Assembly: GCF_046119375.1 (NCBI RefSeq)
Contig: NW_027363230.1
Coordinates: 310,001-374,000 of the forward strand
From: Phyllobates terribilis
Taxonomy: Eukaryota
Direction of reading: 5' to 3'
DNA: 64,000 bases
Positions within the stretch are counted from its first letter, which is position 1, and each line of letters starts with the position of its first letter. Positions 59,086 through 64,000 of this stretch are shown one piece after another. Below the pieces are notes generated by a model, which worked only from the letters and a program-made list of their open reading frames with translations, was not told where the DNA came from and ran no database searches. The translations under genes were made by a program, and so were the position numbers.

Positions 59086-60425
59086 CCTTCCTGTTCTGCA
59101 GTCTAAGTTGTGTAAGGTTGCGTACCAGTCCTTGCTGCACTCCTGATACAGACTCTGCCTGCTGCACTCCTGATACAGACTCTGCCTGCTGCGCTCCTGA
59201 TACAGACTCTGCCTTCTGCGCTCCTCATACAGACTCTGCCTGCTGCGCTCCTCGTACAGACTCTGCCTGCTGCGCTCCTCGTACAGACTCTGCCTGCTGC
59301 GCTCCTCGTACAGACTCTGCCTGCTGCGCTCCTCGTACAGACTGTGCCTGCTGCGCTCCTGGTACAGACTCTGCGTGCTGCGCTCCTGGTACAGACTCTG
59401 CGTGCTGCGCTCCTGGTACAGACTCTGCCTGCTGCGCTCCTCGTACAGACTCTGCCTGCTGCGCTCCTCGTACAGACTCTGCCTGCTGCGCTCCTCGTAC
59501 AGACTCTGCCTACTGCGCTCCTCGTACAGACTCTGCCTGCTGCGCTCCTCGTACAGACTCTGCCTGCTGCGCTCCTGGTACAGACTCTGCCTGCTGCACT
59601 CCTGGTACAGACTCTGCCTGCTGCACTCCTGATACAGACTCTGCCTGCTGCGCTCCTCGTACAGACTCTGCCTGCTGCGCTCCTGATACAGACTCTGCCT
59701 TCTGCGCTCCTCATACAGACTCTGCCTGCTGCGCTCCTCGTACAGACTGTGCCTGCTGCGCTCCTCGTACAGACTCTGCCTGCTGCACTCCTCGTACAGA
59801 CTCTGCCTGCTACGCTCCTGGTACAGACTCTGCCTGCTGCGCTCCTCGTACAGACTCTGCCTGCTGCGCTCTTCGTACAGACTCTGCCTGCTGCTCTCCT
59901 CGTACAGACTCTGCCTGCTGCGCTCCTCGTACAGACTCTGCGTGCTGCGCTCCTGGTACAGACTCTGCGTGCTGCGCTCCTGGTACAGACTCTGCGTGCT
60001 GCGCTCCTGGTACAGACTCTACGTGCTGCCCTCCTGGTACAGACTCTGCCTGCTGCCCTCCTGGTACAGACTCTGCCTGCTGCCCTCCTGGTACAGACTC
60101 TGCCTGCTGCACTCCTGGTACAGACTCTGCCTGCTGCACCATCTAGCCTATCTTATGGGATCCAGCTGCTGCGTGTCCGTTGGTCTGTCCTGGAGTGGCA
60201 CCTGGTGTTCATTGGGAGCCAAGTGTAACCTCACCATCAGAGGCTCTAGTAAACAGTCCGGTGCTTAGTCACCCCCCTCCAGGCTCTCCGGGGTCCGTGG
60301 CCCTGTGGTTCCACAAACCACGTCCGTGACCGTGCGACCTCGCAGGTGGGGTCCTCTCTCCTGTTGTACCAGTCGGTGACCCCTTTTGAATTGTAAAGCG
60401 CAACTGAATAAATGTCGCTGTCACA
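59086..60425 (+). mobile_element. 5'-truncated sushi-like solo LTR containing a 27-bp VNTR
   Basis: Ends AATAAA(60407-60412)...TGTCACA; 60262-60310 resembles the reverse complement of 20016-20065. Confidence 0.6.
59133..60138. repeat. 27-bp minisatellite (CTCCTCGTACAGACTCTGCCTGCTGCG), ~37 units
   Basis: Head-to-tail units seen directly. Confidence 0.95.
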
Positions 60426-60673
60426 GTAATAATAATTATAGTACTTGTACTCTGGGTCAATTGATGGCACTTCCCTGGCGTCTACACCAAATTTGATGTG
60501 TTTTGGCAGCTTTTGGTTCCGTTTCTAGGTGTTGTGTATGCATTTTTTTGGTCCCCCATTGACTCCTGTGGGATTCAGAAATGTTCGACAAACAGTTGGC
60601 AAATAAATTCGGCAAATATCAATTTGTTCGGCAAACTTTTTTGAACCGAACATTGAAATGTTCGCTCATGCCT

Positions 60674-60929
60674 AGCTCAGATATGGCAGAAAACACAATA
60701 CAAAGCAACATGTGTCGCCATGAAAAAACTAGCAGCAGCTTGGAAGTGATGGAAGTACATACCGTAGTGGTAGAGAAATGCCCCCTCCCCCCCCCACCCC
60801 GGCTGGAGACGTCCATGGGGGCATTCCTCTACCACTACGGTATGTACTTCCCTTCACTTCCAAGCTGCTGCTAGTTTTTTCATGGCGGCACATGTTGCTC
60901 TGTATTATGTTCTCTGCCATATCTGAGCT
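60674..60929. repeat. 256-bp near-perfect palindrome (MITE-like hairpin)
   Basis: AGCTCAGATATGGCAGA...TCTGCCATATCTGAGCT, arms ~115 bp. Confidence 0.8.
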
Positions 60930-62495
60930 TTCATATGATCTTAATATATCTGGTATTTATGAATCTTGTGTGCACTGTCACTTTATTTGCTCTTGGTTGC
61001 AGATTTGAACCATAGTAACTTTTTCCATCTTGGCTGTACTTTTATAGCGGTCGTGATTTTGCTATTGTATTCTTTAACATCATATATTCTATATTTATTC
61101 TTATATTTATTCTTATATTTATGAACAATGAATTTTGTGCACGGACACTTTACTAGCCCTACATTGCTGGTTTGAAATCATGTTGGTCGCTGTGAATCAG
61201 TAAGGATATATGTAATTATGTACTGTGTGTATTAGTCCCCATGATTTGATTGTTACATTTTTCTCCCCCCTGCTTTATAGTCCACCTGTGTGATTCTTTT
61301 CTTTTTTCCCTCCTTTGGTTACTATGTTGCGGTAATATGTGGTCTGGTCATGGTGTGGTGGTATTTGTTCCTTGAATGTCCTATTATTTGGTTACTTTGT
61401 GGTGGTAATATGTGGTCTAGTCATGGTGTGATGGTATTTGTTCCTTGTATGTGTGTCACCCTGGCCTGGATGCCACAAAATGTAATAAAGCTGTGTCTGA
61501 GAGCAAGGGGGAGGTTCTCTGGTCAGGGGAACATTAGCATGCAATGCCTCCTGTCTCAGGCCAGTAGGGGGAGCTGGCTGCCCCTATAAAAGCTGGTACT
61601 GGGGGCAGGGTTAGAGAGAACTGGATGGCCTGTCTCAGCACTGAGACGTGTCCCGGAGCAGAGCAGGGACAGAAAGTTGTATTGCACCTAAGAGGAAGTG
61701 TGGCAGGAGGAGAGCCACTAGCCAGAGACAAGAGGCCAAGTCAGCCTGTCTTGGCAGATAAAGGACTTAATTTACCAGACTTTGGTGTCTGAGGCTGGGA
61801 GGATTCCACATCCCCGAGCAGATAACCAGTCCGCAGGGGACTGTATATTCCTTGGCCTAAGAAGCCTGGAGGCTCTGCCACAACAGAAGGGACCAGCACA
61901 GCCGTACCAGGCCGGGAGCAGAAAGGAATCCACGTCGCAGGCCATACAGGTGAGAGTACACGGAAAGCTCGGAAACGTGGGCTGTTACCCTATCAGGAGG
62001 AGATAGCCAGAAGGAGCGCAGAAAGCACGGTAGGCCTACACCCTCACCCTGACCAGGGCCAATTTCCCCATTGCTCTCAGACATCCAGGTCCCCTCCTAG
62101 CCGGGACTGTTTGTGGGTCAGTTTACCTGTTCTAGTAAAGACCCTGGACTGCAACCTGTTGTCTGTGTGCTCCTTGCTCCTCCAGTACTATCAGCACTGG
62201 GACTCTCACTACCATCACTCCCACCATTCATTATACTGCCCTGGGGCCGCACTCTTCCCGTGGGGAGTCACGCTACCCTAGCTGCACACCTCATCAGCCC
62301 CAGCAGTCTGCATGCAGCGGCGGTTCCTAATAACCGCAATCCACGGGTGGCGTAGTCGGACATAATCATCAGCACATAGCGGACTACGACTGGCCTGACC
62401 ACCCAGAGCCACGGAACCGGGTTGCCACTACTACTCCCATCGTTCCCCTACTGCCCGGATCCGAGTGCCCCACGGCCCAGGGGGCGAGTCAGCTT

Positions 62496-62514
62496 TGGCG
62501 TAGTCGGCAGGATT
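62496..62514 (+). promoter_or_regulatory. Primer-binding site complementary to the tRNA-Ser 3' end
   Basis: TGGCGTAGTCGGCAGGATT, 4 nt after the LTR end; complementary to ...AATCCTGCCGACTACG-CCA of vertebrate tRNA-Ser (from memory). Confidence 0.85.
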
Positions 62515-62909
62515 TCGTGCCCGCAACCACCGGGTACTGCGTGCCTTCAAAAGACTGTCATACCTACCGTGGTGAAGGTTCCCGCCATCCGGAGCCGTTT
62601 CCCGCCATCTTCAGTCGGTTCCCGCCATCTTCAGCTGTTTTCCCGCCATCCGAAGTCGTTTTCCCGCCGTCGGACGCCATCTTCAGGAAGCCGCGCGGGA
62701 AGAAGAGGGGCGTGGACGCCAAAAGCGCGCGAGCCCTGAAGCTCCACCCCACGCACCGACGCTGCGCAAGGTCCTGGAAGGGAGAGAGAGCGACGCTGAC
62801 GTCATCAGGACGCGACGCAAGGTCCTCGTCCAGAGCAGCGGCAGCGGAGCCGCGGCCTACAGAAGAGGATCGTCGGAAGATAGGCCACGCTTAACTAGGG
62901 GGGAGGAAG

Positions 62910-63902
62910 ATGTCGGATACAGAGGCGCCAACTACCACCAACGCAGCTGCAGCAGCGGTGATGCCCTTTTCCCTGCCCTACATCCCTGGAGCGGCCTGGC
63001 TGCACAAGTACTCAGGGGAGCCCCATGCCCTAACTGACTTTAAGGAAAGGCTGTACAGTTTGTTCCAGGTTTACCCCCTGACAGAGGAACAGAAGGTCAG
63101 CATATTGACAGGGCAGTTAACTGGCGCAGCCCAAAGGGAGGTAAAATCATGGCCCACTGAGGAGAAAAGGACTGTGAAGGGTATTCTGGCCCGGCTGCGG
63201 GGTACCTTTGACACACGTATCTCCGCTGAAATTAAAATGAGGTTCTATGGATGTAAGCAGCGGGCACAGGACAGCATCAGAGACTATGCCCTAAATCTGC
63301 AGGAAGCCTTGAGGGCTATTCAACAAACTGACCCTGGCAGTGTGCAGGAAACGGATAAGCTGCTAACAGAACAATTCATAGAAGGTCTGCTGTCTAGCGC
63401 CCACAGGGCCCAACTGTGCCTCATGTTCTTTCAGAACCCCGACCTGACCTTTGCCCAATTTAAGGACAGGGCCATAAGGGTGCTCCGTGAATCTGCAACC
63501 AGTGGCGCTATAAACCCCCGGCGCCCTGCTCTCACCTACCACCAGGAGGCGGCGCCCTCCTCTATGGACCCCGTGGGGGCTGATGCACAGGCTCTGAACC
63601 AAGCCCCATCGAAAGACCTGCACCACCAAGTCCAGGAGCTGACCAGGAGCGTTGCGGCGTTGACCAGGACCGTCCAGCCGTTGCAAGTGGACCCTTCAAG
63701 ACCCATAGAGCTGGCTTCAAGTCCGGAGGATGTCCCGTGGCGTCGACAGAGGAGGATCCCGTCGTTTCGAGGGAGGCCCACAGACCGCTACGCAGAGGAT
63801 GGACAGCCCATTTGCCGTCAATGCAACCAGCCCGGACACATTTCCAGGTACTGTAATTTAAACGGGTCCAACCTGGGGCATAGGGCCAACCCCCAGGCAT
63901 AA
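62910..63902 (+). CDS. Retrotransposon Gag (PNMA-like capsid) with CCHC zinc knuckle, intact 330 aa
   Basis: Uninterrupted ORF from ATG; CRQCNQPGHISRYC = CX2CX4HX4C. Confidence 0.85.
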   Translation: MSDTEAPTTTNAAAAAVMPFSLPYIPGAAWLHKYSGEPHALTDFKERLYSLFQVYPLTEEQKVSILTGQLTGAAQREVKSWPTEEKRTVKGILARLRGTFDTRISAEIKMRFYGCKQRAQDSIRDYALNLQEALRAIQQTDPGSVQETDKLLTEQFIEGLLSSAHRAQLCLMFFQNPDLTFAQFKDRAIRVLRESATSGAINPRRPALTYHQEAAPSSMDPVGADAQALNQAPSKDLHHQVQELTRSVAALTRTVQPLQVDPSRPIELASSPEDVPWRRQRRIPSFRGRPTDRYAEDGQPICRQCNQPGHISRYCNLNGSNLGHRANPQA

Positions 63903-64000
63903 GATCACCAGGCCCTTATAATTGGCGTGATAAGTACGTTGGGGGGCGCCCGGTTTTACCCGTGGTGCTGGACGGTATCCCCATGAGCACCTTGCTGGAT

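Larger units (their letters stand above)
50997..60674 (+). mobile_element. Large hAT DNA transposon (Ac/ZBED-like), decayed, with nested insertions
   Basis: Left end TAGTGTTGAGCGAA, right end TTCGCTCATGCCTA, related subterminal GTTCG/CGAA motifs, internal transposase; TSD not recovered. Confidence 0.7.
61454..64000 (+). mobile_element. Ty3/Gypsy LTR retrotransposon, 5' part (LTR, tRNA-Ser PBS, gag, start of protease); runs off the window
   Basis: LTR TG..CA at 61454-62491, PBS at 62496, gag ORF, then WRDKYVGGRP..STLLD in the -1 frame. Confidence 0.9.

Noticed and set aside
59037-60228. Cys-rich ORF (CCAPRTDSA)n as a keratin-associated or metallothionein-like gene
   Set aside because: It is the translation of a 27-bp minisatellite open in several frames on both strands; there is no ATG start or splice support
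62496-62514. tRNA gene
   Set aside because: Only the 19-nt complement of a tRNA 3' end (PBS); no cloverleaf

Overview
Eukaryotic vertebrate DNA, most likely an anuran (frog), inferred from the zinc-finger gene type and the repeat families; there are no prokaryotic features and no CRISPR array. One plausible host gene is present: a + strand KRAB-like C2H2 zinc-finger gene (Xenopus oocyte/gastrula XlCOF/XlCGF-like). It has six coding exons (505-606, 734-913, 997-1120, 1203-1300, 6872-6962, 42245-43773) that join in frame to about 707 aa with 14 intact fingers. Nearly everything else is nested transposable elements. Intron 4 holds a decayed sushi-type chromovirus. The 35-kb intron 5 holds a Penelope element (itself carrying Tc1, CR1 and a solo LTR), a second CR1 split by a composite hAT unit, a non-autonomous sushi-like LTR element, and a non-autonomous DIRS element carrying a 4.6-kb fold-back hAT. 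Downstream of the gene lie a second Penelope, a decayed hAT transposase element with nested MITEs, and the 5' part of a tRNA-Ser-primed Gypsy. The most notable observations are: (i) a pol-less LTR element whose single ancestral frame is a Gag capsid fragment fused to acidic 57-aa repeats, with VNTR-bearing LTRs and a Tf1-type self-priming signature; (ii) an ORF-less DIRS with intact ITR/ICR cis-elements; (iii) two -1 frameshift heptamer plus pseudoknot signals; (iv) short hammerhead-bearing inserts flanked by inverted duplications.
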